63,102 nucleotides of DNA from the IMG/VR virus record IMGVR_UViG_3300031952_000016, positions 1-63,102 of that record. One strand, given 5' to 3'. This DNA comes from a virus. Its lineage: Duplodnaviria > Caudoviricetes. The notes beneath the pieces were generated by a model. That model did no database searches. It was not told the origin of the DNA and saw only the letters and a list, made by a program, of their open reading frames with translations. The position numbers and the translations under genes are program-made. Shown one piece after another: positions 36,542 to 46,980 of the stretch. Within the stretch, counting starts at the first letter, position 1; each line of letters opens with the position of its first letter.

Positions 36542-38784
36542 TTAATTAATTGACTTGTTGAACCATCATTAGAATACCTTGCGAAGTTAATACTTATTTT
36601 TGAATCTTTTTTCTCAGGCATATATACGTGCTTTTGATTAGCCATAATAGCCAATCCCGAACTAATAGACGCATCAAATTTAGTTCTATCGTTAATATCA
36701 AACTTTGCCCAATCCTCTAACGTTCGAGTAAAAGGCATAGTACCCATATCTTGACTACTTCTATAATCTCCTGCGAAATCTATACCTACATATTTTTCTA
36801 TGTAGGACTCAATTGCAGATGCGTGAGATTGCTTAACATCTTCAGAGGTGTTGGGTATCCCTCCAAGTTCTCGTTCTGTTTTTGTTAGTTTGTTGTATTG
36901 TTTATCAGGTCTATTCAAACAGTAATGTCTGTATCCTCTATTCTTAAAATGATATAACAGACGAGGTTTGTTGTTCTCTATAAGGATTGGCATACCGTAA
37001 AACACACAAGCCATTAAGACTTCTTCAAAAAATATCTCTGCCGTTTGAGGTCTAGCAATATACTCTAAGAAAAACTCATTTGAAGGAGCGTCATCCATAT
37101 TAAACTTAGTAAGTCCGTGTAATGAACCATTAGACCCTCTACCTCCTACAACTGCCGATATATCATAGCTATCACAACCAAAGGACCCAATATGCTCATT
37201 GCCCGGATGTTTCATTCCGTTTAAAGAATGTACGTTGTTTTGAAGATGCTTTGCAGGAGTCCAACTTACTCTGAATCTACCCCTCGAATCAGGCGTAAAA
37301 ATTACCTTCGTATCTTTTTCTCCGTCTCTCCAATGAAAAGACCCACGAGTTATAAAATGCTCTTTTATCAAACTATCATTATAGTCAATCTGTTGGTAAA
37401 TTTTTGTAAGGTTAAAAAGAGATTGCTTGCTCTCATCTCTAAAGGCGTGAGAATGTGTTCTCGGGAACTGTCGATAAAATTCATTTAATGCGTCAGCATC
37501 ATTTTTCAAAGAATCAACTTCATTTTGCCAATAATCAACAGCTCCATTTTTAATCATAATACCATCAACCCCCAGTATAGGAGTTTCAGGCTTCTCAAAA
37601 ACAGGCATACCGTATCTATCGATGAACCCTTCCATATTCCATTCCATCGGAATAAACAAAGCATACAATCCACTTTTTGTTTGCCCATTGGCATTACGAG
37701 TTAAGATGTCTGAATCCTCAAACATATCTTTGTAGTTCTGACCTCCTTTAGATAATGCATTTGATGTTGAGCCCATCATACACTTCCCAATGATTTTAGA
37801 ACCCAATCTAAGACAAGTTTTAGTTACTCGCCAATTGTCTTTTATATTGTTTGGTTTCAACCATTTAGCACTTTCATCGTGAGCTAATAATAATAGCTTT
37901 TCCCCATCATAGGAGTTGTCATCTGTATTTCTCCAATCTATAGACGTATCTAATCCGTCAATTGAATCTGACTCAGAATCATACATATTTTTCTTGGTAA
38001 TCTTAGAAGCAGGTATTCTGTAGGATAATTCTGTCTTTGGTTTATCCATACCATCCATAATTGGCTTGAAGAAGAAAGGTAGTCTGCTATTTATAGGAAC
38101 TACTTTGTCTGTAAACATCTTCTTAGCATCGGCTCCTGTCTTTGACAAGATGCCTATACGTGCATCACGAGCAAGAGTACCCATATTCACACATTCAGAC
38201 GAAGCCATAAACGAAAACCCTGAACGTCTAATCTTTAGGTATATCATTCCAAAACTTCTTGAGTCTGCTCTACACGCTTCCCAAAAAATCCAATATATTC
38301 TATTTGCTTCACGAAAATCAGGGTAACCTATATCAATACTCGCCCATTGAAGATACATATAGTGAGAGCCTGTTATATACGTTGGAGAGCCATTGTTCAT
38401 AAACCACACTCCATTATCTCTGCAATCAAATTCGTTCTCAATGTAATCAACCCACTTATTCTTAAAATCAGAGGGCATTTCGTTCCATTGGAATATTGAT
38501 TGTATTTTTGAAAGTTGTTTTGGAAGAGGTTCTCTTCCCCAATACTGTTCCGATTTGCTAATACTTCTTTGAGTGCATTTTTTAGGAGTAGGAGGTAGTG
38601 CAATATAAAGACCTGCTATGTTTACAATCTCTCCAATTTTACCTGTCTTAGATATTACTACAAGATTATACTGTTCGTTATAGCCGTACAGCCAAGACGT
38701 ATTACTATTTTTTTTAGTAATAGCATTAGCCGGAACATAGTCTCTAACTACTCTGTATAAATTATCTTGACCTTCTTTCTGCAA
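36538..38784 (-). CDS. terL: terminase large subunit
   Basis: LKIRRSGFS (Walker A variant), LLAHDE (Walker B), GSTSN, FGCDSYD nuclease domain, IENN. Confidence 0.85.
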   Translation of the reverse strand: MQKEGQDNLYRVVRDYVPANAITKKNSNTSWLYGYNEQYNLVVISKTGKIGEIVNIAGLYIALPPTPKKCTQRSISKSEQYWGREPLPKQLSKIQSIFQWNEMPSDFKNKWVDYIENEFDCRDNGVWFMNNGSPTYITGSHYMYLQWASIDIGYPDFREANRIYWIFWEACRADSRSFGMIYLKIRRSGFSFMASSECVNMGTLARDARIGILSKTGADAKKMFTDKVVPINSRLPFFFKPIMDGMDKPKTELSYRIPASKITKKNMYDSESDSIDGLDTSIDWRNTDDNSYDGEKLLLLAHDESAKWLKPNNIKDNWRVTKTCLRLGSKIIGKCMMGSTSNALSKGGQNYKDMFEDSDILTRNANGQTKSGLYALFIPMEWNMEGFIDRYGMPVFEKPETPILGVDGIMIKNGAVDYWQNEVDSLKNDADALNEFYRQFPRTHSHAFRDESKQSLFNLTKIYQQIDYNDSLIKEHFITRGSFHWRDGEKDTKVIFTPDSRGRFRVSWTPAKHLQNNVHSLNGMKHPGNEHIGSFGCDSYDISAVVGGRGSNGSLHGLTKFNMDDAPSNEFFLEYIARPQTAEIFFEEVLMACVFYGMPILIENNKPRLLYHFKNRGYRHYCLNRPDKQYNKLTKTERELGGIPNTSEDVKQSHASAIESYIEKYVGIDFAGDYRSSQDMGTMPFTRTLEDWAKFDINDRTKFDASISSGLAIMANQKHVYMPEKKDSKISINFARYSNDGSTSQLIK

Positions 38785-39046
38785 ACCCTTGTTTTGTATC
38801 AGTTCTATTTACTCCTTTTTCAGACATTTCAATACTTTCTCTTTCCGATTCTATTCTACTAAGAATCTCGAAAGCATCAAATATAGCTAACTTTTTTGTA
38901 GCTGCTGCATTTTTTAATTTATCAGCCGACAAATCATCTCCCTCCATATCAGGATTTAAAATAGCATCTTCAGCAACTTTAATCAACTCTAACACAGCTT
39001 TATGACCTGCAGCAATAATCTTTAACTTTATCTCTTTATTTGTCAT
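38762..39046 (-). CDS. putative terminase small subunit
   Basis: Small helical protein overlapping the terL start. Confidence 0.5.
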   Translation of the reverse strand: MTNKEIKLKIIAAGHKAVLELIKVAEDAILNPDMEGDDLSADKLKNAAATKKLAIFDAFEILSRIESERESIEMSEKGVNRTDTKQGFAERRSR

Positions 39047-39050
39047 ACGA

Positions 39051-39617
39051 TTATCTATAAAACATTACATATACCATTCTTCCCTCTTTCCACCCTGTGT
39101 TTGGATATTTGCTATGAAAGTAATTAGAAGGATACATAAGAGCACGATTTGGTCTATATCCTACTACAGAATGTAAATCCCAATTATCTAAATTGTTCGC
39201 TTCGTCTGAAAGAAACCTATCAGCTTCTTCATTTGAAACATCTAATGGCATTTCATAACCTACTTCTTTATGCTTCCAAAAAGCGGTTCCGTGAAGCCCT
39301 TCTTTTGTTGACGGAGACAAGTATAACACTAAAGCTCTTTCAGGTCTAATATCGCCTACCTTTGAGTCTGCGTGGATTCTCCAATCAGTATCGAACTCTT
39401 CAGTTGCTACCCTAAAAAACCCTAGTAAACATTCTCTCTTGGTTTTATCTATATCGCTTAGTTTATAGGTAATAAAATCATCAAATTCTTTATTACTATA
39501 TTGTACCCAAAATTTCTTATCTCCAACTTCAACTTCTTGAAATTGATTACTTGCTAAACTATTATAAATATAGTTATAAATATCTTCATCCAAAAAATCA
39601 TCTACAATATTTATCAT
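39051..39617 (-). CDS. 2OG-Fe(II) oxygenase
   Basis: NIVDDFL start, HAD iron motif, LVLYL, NRALMY, FHS, GR. Confidence 0.75.
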   Translation of the reverse strand: MINIVDDFLDEDIYNYIYNSLASNQFQEVEVGDKKFWVQYSNKEFDDFITYKLSDIDKTKRECLLGFFRVATEEFDTDWRIHADSKVGDIRPERALVLYLSPSTKEGLHGTAFWKHKEVGYEMPLDVSNEEADRFLSDEANNLDNWDLHSVVGYRPNRALMYPSNYFHSKYPNTGWKEGRMVYVMFYR

Positions 39618-40177
39618 AGCTTTACAGTTATTTGATGGTCATACATACGATACAACTTCTCTCCATCAACAGTAAACTCATATTCACTGTCAGGAGTAAA
39701 GCAGATATAATCTCCTTCTTTTATTCCTTTACTTGAAAGGTATTCATTTGGATATACCATCTGCCCCATTAGAGGTTCTTCTTTTAAAAATTTTTCTATG
39801 TAATACTCTGTAGCTGAAATAGGTCTGACGAAGCAATACTTATCATAAGCATTCCAAGTAGCCCCTTTTTTGTACATAAAGAATTGGTCTGTCTCTATAA
39901 AGAATAAGTCATCTTTAAAAAAACTTTTACCGCTTTTTTGACGACCTCTCATATCATTATAATACTTAAAAGCATTATGGTGTACAAGAAGGGTGTCTCC
40001 TATTGATATAGGACCGGTATAGCCTAAAGGAAGCTCAATAACCTCAGCATATCTATTGGAAAACTTATGGTCCTCCTCTGAAGTGCTGACTATAAAATCA
40101 GCAACTCCTATGTCTTTTGTATTATCGTAACGCTTTCCATTCATAGGCTTAACTATAAAGTAGAATGGAGATTTCAT
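39614..40177 (-). CDS. GroES-like protein, probably two domains
   Basis: Two repeats: FIVKP...AEVIELP...ISIGDTLL and CFVRP...GQMVY...IKEGDYI. Confidence 0.55.
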   Translation of the reverse strand: MKSPFYFIVKPMNGKRYDNTKDIGVADFIVSTSEEDHKFSNRYAEVIELPLGYTGPISIGDTLLVHHNAFKYYNDMRGRQKSGKSFFKDDLFFIETDQFFMYKKGATWNAYDKYCFVRPISATEYYIEKFLKEEPLMGQMVYPNEYLSSKGIKEGDYICFTPDSEYEFTVDGEKLYRMYDHQITVKL

Positions 40178-40404
40178 TAAAAGTCTATATTAAATTCGAT
40201 TGAAATTGGAATTGTAAAGGTAAACTCTTTCCACAAGACTACCTCTTCTTTTTCATTAATAATATATATTAGTATAGCACCTGTTTCAGCTTGTCGCTTA
40301 ATATGATGAATTTCATTAGAGTTTCCAAGTATTTTTTGACCAACAATATAGTGCATTGCACCACTCTTGTAGTCAGGACCTATTGATATTTTTCTTATAT
40401 CCAT
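40177..40404 (-). CDS. hypothetical protein
   Basis: ORF track. Confidence 0.7.
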   Translation of the reverse strand: MDIRKISIGPDYKSGAMHYIVGQKILGNSNEIHHIKRQAETGAILIYIINEKEEVVLWKEFTFTIPISIEFNIDF

Positions 40405-40764
40405 CTACACTAGTATATAAATTATTATCCCTACTATTGAAGATATAACCCAACTAGCAACAACATCTTTATCGCTTTCAAATTGGTCAGGTCTGCTCTT
40501 TCCTTTATAACTTGCATACATACCTTGCCCTCTTTCAAATCCCCAATACAAAGCAAGTGGTACAAATAGTAACACAAAATACTGAAACCACAATGCTTCA
40601 TTAAGAAGGAATAACTTGTACTTAAGCGTTAATGAAAAAAATATAATAAATCCAACACTTACAAAAATGTGTTCAATCCAATTGTTTGCTACTATTTTCT
40701 CTTTGTTCTTCATATCTTGAAAATAAGAGATGAATACTTTTTTTATGTAATTTAATGTTTCCAT
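40405..40764 (-). CDS. membrane protein
   Basis: Three hydrophobic segments. Confidence 0.65.
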   Translation of the reverse strand: METLNYIKKVFISYFQDMKNKEKIVANNWIEHIFVSVGFIIFFSLTLKYKLFLLNEALWFQYFVLLFVPLALYWGFERGQGMYASYKGKSRPDQFESDKDVVASWVISSIVGIIIYILV

Positions 40765-40765
40765 T

Positions 40766-41098
40766 TTAATTAAATTTAATTGCATCTATACAATGCTTCT
40801 CGGTTAATATCCACACAAGAACTTTTCCTGTATTTGTTAAGTTGTTTAATAATATATTCTTTCCCAAAACACTTGATATTGTTTCTCCTTGTAATCCAAA
40901 TGGATAAGATATTTTATTTTTTATTAAATGATTATTCCAAAAAGTTCTAAACTCAACATTTCCCCAAATATCTAGATTTAAAGCAGTGCTTCTGAAATAA
41001 CCTTTCTTATTTTTTACTTCAATAAAATTTATTATAGTCATTACAAAAATAAGAATTAATGCTAGAGTAAATAATAAAAACCCTTTTATTTCTTTCAT
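40766..41098 (-). CDS. hypothetical protein with an N-terminal TM segment
   Basis: ORF track. Confidence 0.65.
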   Translation of the reverse strand: MKEIKGFLLFTLALILIFVMTIINFIEVKNKKGYFRSTALNLDIWGNVEFRTFWNNHLIKNKISYPFGLQGETISSVLGKNILLNNLTNTGKVLVWILTEKHCIDAIKFN

Positions 41099-41099
41099 A

Positions 41100-41486
41100 C
41101 TACAAAGGAGTAAAATCCCAATCTTCTATATGAGTTTTAAAGTTTTGACCATTTTCCATAGTTAATTGAATTACTGTAAATTGCGTAACTCTCTCTAATA
41201 TACTATTTAATAACGCCAAAGAGTTTATAGGAGGAAGTTGAGCTATTTCAACATAAGCAACTGTATTCCAAGACATCAGTGTTGTAATGTTTCTTAACTT
41301 AACCACCTTTTCAACCTCTACTTCATTTAGGATTTCTGGTATCTTATAGTAATAATATCCTTTTGCGGTTATATCATTCCTATCCATATATAAATTTTCA
41401 ATGGTAAGATATATTTCTTTGTTATATATTACATTGTAACTTATATCTAAAATATCAAAAGGTTTGTTTGTTTTAATTGTTAACAT
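41100..41486 (-). CDS. tail-fibre-associated protein
   Basis: Position directly after fibre and lectin genes. Confidence 0.5.
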   Translation of the reverse strand: MLTIKTNKPFDILDISYNVIYNKEIYLTIENLYMDRNDITAKGYYYYKIPEILNEVEVEKVVKLRNITTLMSWNTVAYVEIAQLPPINSLALLNSILERVTQFTVIQLTMENGQNFKTHIEDWDFTPL

Positions 41487-41495
41487 AATATTTTT

Positions 41496-42251
41496 TTAAA
41501 AGTTAGGGTAATAGTTTGTTTGTAATGTTGCTACTTGTGTAGCTGTAAGAGCAGCATTAAAAATATATAATTCATCTATAGTACCTACAAACTTAATACT
41601 TCCTGATGCCGATGCACCGATTACAGGTGTTATTGCTGTGTTTCCCATACTAAGATAAGTACCAAAAATTACATTGTTAGTAGATTGTAATGCATTATTA
41701 ACATATAACTTAATCCCAGCAGCTGTTCCACTACCATCATAAGTTACAACTACATATTGTACAGCACCTGTTGGTATTGTTGCAATAGTCTCAACTAAAA
41801 GATAAGCTCCTCCTGCAGTTCTATTTAACAACAACAATGCTAATCTACCGTTGGTTCTAACATAGAATAGATATTCTGAAGTATTATCATTAGCACCACT
41901 GTATTTACTAAAGATTCCATTATTAGTAGCGTAGTTATTAATTCTAATATTTGCTTTAATTGAAAAAGGTTTATCTACACCATTACCTACTCCTGTACTT
42001 GTTGTAAATGAAAATACATCATTATCGGGAATAGTTATTCTTGTAGTTGTAGTAACTGTAAATTGTGCTGCTAATCCATTAACTGCATTTAATGTAGAGA
42101 ATGTAGTACCTACACCCACTGTACCATTATACCCACCTGTATGTGAATCATTACCATTGTTTTCAAACTTATAAGCAGCTATTAGTAAGTTTTTAAAACT
42201 TGCTGGTGCTGTTATTATATTATAATAAAATATGGGATTAAATGTACTCAT
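41496..42251 (-). CDS. LamG/concanavalin A-like lectin domain protein
   Basis: AAYKFENNGND, YVVVTYDG, KLYVN, FVGTIDELYIFNAALT. Confidence 0.8.
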   Translation of the reverse strand: MSTFNPIFYYNIITAPASFKNLLIAAYKFENNGNDSHTGGYNGTVGVGTTFSTLNAVNGLAAQFTVTTTTRITIPDNDVFSFTTSTGVGNGVDKPFSIKANIRINNYATNNGIFSKYSGANDNTSEYLFYVRTNGRLALLLLNRTAGGAYLLVETIATIPTGAVQYVVVTYDGSGTAAGIKLYVNNALQSTNNVIFGTYLSMGNTAITPVIGASASGSIKFVGTIDELYIFNAALTATQVATLQTNYYPNF

Positions 42252-44677
42252 TAGTAATTAGTTATTTGTAAATAATAAATACTACCATTTCTTGATAAAC
42301 AAGCTTTACTTCCTGCCACTCCCGTCATAGCAGCTGTTCCTGATAAAGTTGTAAGTGTTACTCCTGCCCCTGCTGTAAAAGTAATAGCTCCTGTTCCTAT
42401 TTTTTCGTAACTTGCTACAAAATCTGCATTAGAAGTTGTTTGAACAGTTAAGTTTATTGCATTAGCTCCGTTTGATATTTTATTATGTCTACCGTGTTGA
42501 CCATAAGTACCATTTGTTGTATCTGTAGTTATTGAAACAGCAGTTGTAATAGTAATTACATTTACATTTACAGCATCAATTTGTGTTTGAATAGGACTTG
42601 TTACTCCTTTTACATTTGCTAATTCTGCTAAACTGGGGTAAATTGTAGTATCTAAACCTGCTATATTGCTACCATTTGATGTAAAGTAAGCAATTTGATT
42701 AGTTAATGCTGCTCCTGTTACTGTTCCTGCACCAATAGCTATTCTAAATGTAGAAGCATCTAATGTTGATATACTATTGTCAGCATTAATCTGTATAAAT
42801 GTAATTGCAGAAGGATTAGCAAGGATAAATAAATTACTGCCAACTGTGTTTGCTCCTAAAGATGTTCTACCTATTGCAGCAACTAATCCTGTTGCTCCCC
42901 CATCCCATTTTAATCTATCTGTATAAGCTGTATTAAAATTTGTCCAATCTGTTGTGCTTAATGCTCCTCTGTTAGATGCACTTGCTGTTGGTAAATTAAA
43001 TGTATGTGTGTCAAGTAAACTATTAATAGTAAAGTCAGTACCGCTTGTACCTACTGCTAAATATTGTGTATTTGCAGTTAATCCATTTAATGAAGTTACA
43101 CCACCTGAAAAAGTAGTAATGATTTCACATAAATGACTATTTTCAGTATGTAATGTAGCTGTTCTACCACCTGAATTATCAACTATATAAACTCTAATAG
43201 CAAGTCTATCTGTAACTAATAATGCTGTTGTAGGAACTGCTAAAGATGTTAAATATAAATCAATTGGAATACCTCCACTTATTGTTTCAGGCGTTGCAGA
43301 GTTTGATGCAATACTTGTAAAAGTTGTGCCATTATATTTTAAAAGTTCAACATAAAATTTAGGACTTCCTCCACCTGAAGACATACTAAAAAACATCTCA
43401 AAGTTCCACGCACCCCCTGGTATCTCAGTTCTATTTGGATTACCTACATCTGTTAAAAACTGTGCTATTAATCCATTACCTGTTAATGGAAAGTCAGTAC
43501 CTGCTCCAATTATTGCAGTGTTTGACATCTGCTTATAAGTTGCAACTGATGCAGCAATTGAACCATTTAAATAATAATTAACAGAAGAACCGCCACCACC
43601 ACCACTTGGGAAAGTTGCTAATTGTCCATCTCCTCTAACATATTGAGAGGCAGTTCCTGCACCAGTTATTGCAAATGTACCTGATGTAGTTATTGTACTA
43701 GGCGTAACATTAAATGCAGAAGGCACAGTTAATCCAACAGATGTTACTGCTGTAGTTAAATATGTAGATGTATCAAGAGTGAATGTGCCTAATGCGCTCA
43801 TCTTAACAAATCCTAGAGAAGAATATGTAAGTCCTGATAAAGACGTAAGATTAGTTGATAATGGTTGTCCATTTAGTCCACTTAATGTGTACGTTGGTAT
43901 ATTTAAGACTCCTGCTATTAATGTAGAGGGTCCTGAATTTCCTGTTACTGTTAAAGACGTAACTGTAGAATCGGAATTAGTTATCCATTCTAACCCCCCG
44001 GCCCCAACGCTTAAAACTTGATTTAAAGAACCGTTACTGTCCGTACTATCTTTTATATCAGTAGGTTTTATGTACCCATTTAAAATAATATTATTTGTAG
44101 CTGTATTTCCAACCAATAAAACATCAGCTAAGCCTGCGGTATATACTGTAGGATTATTTATCCATCGTACCCCCGATGCTGTTTTTGAAAGTATCTGACC
44201 TGTTGTTCCTACTCCTGAAGTATCATCTTGTATGTTACCCGGTATTATCTTTGTTGCCGTGATGTCTCCAACAAGATTTATATTTTGAGTAGCAGTATTC
44301 CCTGTATTAAGAACTGCCTGAAGATTACTTATAGGTAAATCTACCCAATTTATACTTGACGTTCCTTTACTAAGGTATTGAAATGTAGTTCCTTGACTTC
44401 CTGTTGGGTCCTCAATATTCACAGGTTTTATTAATGTAGCATTAATAGTTCCTATCAATGTAATGTTTTGAGTAGCAGTATTTCCTGTATTAAGAACAGC
44501 CTGCAACGAAGCTGCAGGAAAGTTTGAAGAGAACAATTGCAACAACTCCCCTAGCGAGAAGTTCTTTGTCGCAAGAGGAGTTGAAGTAGGCGGTGTTCTA
44601 ATAGCTTCCGTACCTATCAGCCTATCGCTTAATTGTAAAGGGGTATCCGCTGAAGGATAAGTAGATATTTTAGACAT
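42251..44677 (-). CDS. tail fibre protein
   Basis: Thr/Gly-rich; three LxxVLxxGNTATxNI repeats; N-terminus shared with the neighbouring fibre. Confidence 0.75.
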   Translation of the reverse strand: MSKISTYPSADTPLQLSDRLIGTEAIRTPPTSTPLATKNFSLGELLQLFSSNFPAASLQAVLNTGNTATQNITLIGTINATLIKPVNIEDPTGSQGTTFQYLSKGTSSINWVDLPISNLQAVLNTGNTATQNINLVGDITATKIIPGNIQDDTSGVGTTGQILSKTASGVRWINNPTVYTAGLADVLLVGNTATNNIILNGYIKPTDIKDSTDSNGSLNQVLSVGAGGLEWITNSDSTVTSLTVTGNSGPSTLIAGVLNIPTYTLSGLNGQPLSTNLTSLSGLTYSSLGFVKMSALGTFTLDTSTYLTTAVTSVGLTVPSAFNVTPSTITTSGTFAITGAGTASQYVRGDGQLATFPSGGGGGSSVNYYLNGSIAASVATYKQMSNTAIIGAGTDFPLTGNGLIAQFLTDVGNPNRTEIPGGAWNFEMFFSMSSGGGSPKFYVELLKYNGTTFTSIASNSATPETISGGIPIDLYLTSLAVPTTALLVTDRLAIRVYIVDNSGGRTATLHTENSHLCEIITTFSGGVTSLNGLTANTQYLAVGTSGTDFTINSLLDTHTFNLPTASASNRGALSTTDWTNFNTAYTDRLKWDGGATGLVAAIGRTSLGANTVGSNLFILANPSAITFIQINADNSISTLDASTFRIAIGAGTVTGAALTNQIAYFTSNGSNIAGLDTTIYPSLAELANVKGVTSPIQTQIDAVNVNVITITTAVSITTDTTNGTYGQHGRHNKISNGANAINLTVQTTSNADFVASYEKIGTGAITFTAGAGVTLTTLSGTAAMTGVAGSKACLSRNGSIYYLQITNY

Positions 44678-44683
44678 CGTATA

Positions 44684-46051
44684 TTAATTATATATTTCTA
44701 TTTTAAATTGACTATTATTTAAAAGACCATCCTCGAAACTAAAAGTTGCTGTATTATATGTTCTTAATATAAACGTATTAGCAGATGTAGTATTTGCAGT
44801 ACAAGTACATCCTTGTTTAGCATTTAAAGTAGCAAAAAAAGTTTTAATAGTAAATTCACTAGTAGTAATAGTTCCAATATATTGCCCGTCTGCAAATCTT
44901 GACCACACAATAGGGTCTGTTATATCGTTTTTATATTCCAAATTTACTATTGGTGCATTTCCTCCTGTTTGACTTAATGTAACTGCATAAATTTTTTGAG
45001 TTTTTTGGTCTACATAAGTTTTGACAGCATTTTGAGAAGGATATAGAATATCACTTGTTCCTAAAGCTACATCGGTAGATTTATTAGCTATGTTTTCAGT
45101 CGTATAACCCTCTAAAATTTCTGCTTTCCAATATCCACCAAAACCAACATAAGTAAATCTATATACTTCATTTGTAGCTAATGTTACAGACGATACAAAT
45201 GTTTGAAATTTAACAAACATAAAATTTGTCCCTGCTGAATTTGCTCTAATTTCAATATTATTTGCTGTTGATAAAACAATTATTTCTTTTCCATTTTCAG
45301 TTGTTGTTGGTAAAAAAGCTTTTCCACCACCAAAAGAACAACTATTTATATCATAAGGCAATACTTGAAAAGTGCCGTTTAGAGTTATAGTACCACTTGT
45401 TTTTGGACTGCCACCACTAACAACTAAATCTCCACTACCTAAAATATCGCTTCCATTAATAGTTTTAATATTAGTGCCACTTACTAATGTGTTTTGTTTT
45501 AAATCTAAAACAGCTTTTAATTTTACAGGAGTTACAATATTTGTACCATTAATACCTTGCCCTACTTCAACAGTTGAAGCTAAAGAAGCAATTCCTTTAA
45601 CTCCCTCTTGAGCATTAGGGACTATGCCTACTCCTCCTTGAGGTCCTGTAGGTCCTTGCACTCCTTGAGGACCTTGCGCTCCTTGAGAGGCTAATAATGC
45701 CCAATTAGTTGGGTCTGCATTTGGAGGCGTAGTCCCTGTTACTGCAGATATACAAAACCAAGATGCCCCATTATATGAAACAGAATCATTAGCAACATAA
45801 GAAGTTCCTGATACCCAAATCCCCTCCCAAGTTAATCCTGCAGGACCTACAGCTCCATTAGCTCCTGTAGGTCCTTGCACTCCTTGAGGACCTATAGGTC
45901 CTTGAGTTCCAATATTTTGAGTACCTAAAAAAGTTATAAAATCTCCAATCAAATAATTTTTTGTAGCTAACGAACTATCAGCATCCGTACCTATTAATTT
46001 GTCCATTAAAGATATGTTTGAATCTTTAGGATAACTACTAATAATCGCCAT
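44684..46051 (-). CDS. tail fibre protein with collagen-like repeats
   Basis: G-X-Y runs (GPQGVQGPTG) flanking a WEGIWVSGTSY..DSVSYNGASW module. Confidence 0.75.
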   Translation of the reverse strand: MAIISSYPKDSNISLMDKLIGTDADSSLATKNYLIGDFITFLGTQNIGTQGPIGPQGVQGPTGANGAVGPAGLTWEGIWVSGTSYVANDSVSYNGASWFCISAVTGTTPPNADPTNWALLASQGAQGPQGVQGPTGPQGGVGIVPNAQEGVKGIASLASTVEVGQGINGTNIVTPVKLKAVLDLKQNTLVSGTNIKTINGSDILGSGDLVVSGGSPKTSGTITLNGTFQVLPYDINSCSFGGGKAFLPTTTENGKEIIVLSTANNIEIRANSAGTNFMFVKFQTFVSSVTLATNEVYRFTYVGFGGYWKAEILEGYTTENIANKSTDVALGTSDILYPSQNAVKTYVDQKTQKIYAVTLSQTGGNAPIVNLEYKNDITDPIVWSRFADGQYIGTITTSEFTIKTFFATLNAKQGCTCTANTTSANTFILRTYNTATFSFEDGLLNNSQFKIEIYN

Positions 46052-46078
46052 TTTGTTTTAGTTTAAAGTTAATAAGTG

Positions 46079-46318
46079 TTATTCTGTTTTATGAGTTACT
46101 TCTCCTGTTTGAATATTTATAACTGCATCTGCGCCATATTTCTCTACCAACAATTTTTCGTGTGCAGTAAATTGAGCCTTTAATTCCTCAATATGACGAA
46201 TTATATTTGCTTTCTGCAACTCAGCGTCTCCAATAGCCATTTTAGCCTTGTTGAACTCTGCGTTTAATTCTTGAATTATTGTTAATTCTTCCTGCGATAC
46301 TGATTCTACTTTTTTCAT
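46079..46318 (-). CDS. small coiled-coil protein
   Basis: ORF track; own -7 box upstream. Confidence 0.7.
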   Translation of the reverse strand: MKKVESVSQEELTIIQELNAEFNKAKMAIGDAELQKANIIRHIEELKAQFTAHEKLLVEKYGADAVINIQTGEVTHKTE

Positions 46319-46339
46319 TTTAGTTTGATTTAATTTTTA

Positions 46340-46347
46340 CAAATATA
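46340..46347 (-). promoter_or_regulatory. Bacteroidota -7 promoter box
   Basis: TATATTTG on the - strand. Confidence 0.6.
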
Positions 46348-46348
46348 A

Positions 46349-46726
46349 TTATTTTATTATAAACAAAACCGCTAGTATTATAGAGGTTATTTTATAAAGG
46401 TTTTTTTTGTTTTTTTCTTTGCGGATTATCTTGTCCTGAAGTTGTATTGATTTTTTCAACTCATTAGATTCAAGTACTCTTTCATCGTAAGCTGTTTCTA
46501 AATTAAAATTAGCCGTTGTAAGCGTTCTAATTCTTTTTACGCACAAACTATCCATTTCTTTGTAAATCTTTAATTCTGACTTAGCTATATCCCCTTGAAT
46601 GAGTTGATTGATAATCTTGTTTGACTGAATGCTATCTAGTATTACTACTTTCTTATTTTGTGCGTTCGTCAAAGTAATGCTGCATATCAGAAACAGAATA
46701 CTTATTAACCAATTTGATTTTTTCAT
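46349..46726 (-). CDS. spanin-like protein
   Basis: Signal peptide and C-terminal TM; overlaps the upstream coiled-coil gene in the lysis cassette. Confidence 0.5.
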   Translation of the reverse strand: MKKSNWLISILFLICSITLTNAQNKKVVILDSIQSNKIINQLIQGDIAKSELKIYKEMDSLCVKRIRTLTTANFNLETAYDERVLESNELKKSIQLQDKIIRKEKNKKNLYKITSIILAVLFIIK

Positions 46727-46976
46727 TGTACTGTATTTTAATTTTATTTTTCTCTACAAACAAGCTATCGTATTTTACTTCTAATATGCTATCCTTTTGC
46801 ATTAGGTCTTCGTATATTTCTTTATAAAGTATAGCTTTTGTTTCGTGCTCTTTGGCTTTTAAAGAAGCATCTTTAATCTTCTCGTCTAAAAATCCTATTC
46901 TGTTAAATAAAAAATAGATAACAATAAGCAATATGCTTATCAATATCCATTTCCAATTGGCTTTAACTTGTTCCAT
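46653..46976 (-). CDS. inner-membrane spanin-like protein
   Basis: N-terminal TM and coiled coil, directly after the endolysin. Confidence 0.55.
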   Translation of the reverse strand: MEQVKANWKWILISILLIVIYFLFNRIGFLDEKIKDASLKAKEHETKAILYKEIYEDLMQKDSILEVKYDSLFVEKNKIKIQYNEKIKLVNKYSVSDMQHYFDERTK

Positions 46977-46980
46977 AAAA

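Noticed and set aside
40405-46051. Diversity-generating retroelement or invertible tail-fibre switch
   Set aside because: No reverse transcriptase, invertase, template/variable repeat pair or flanking inverted repeats were seen.
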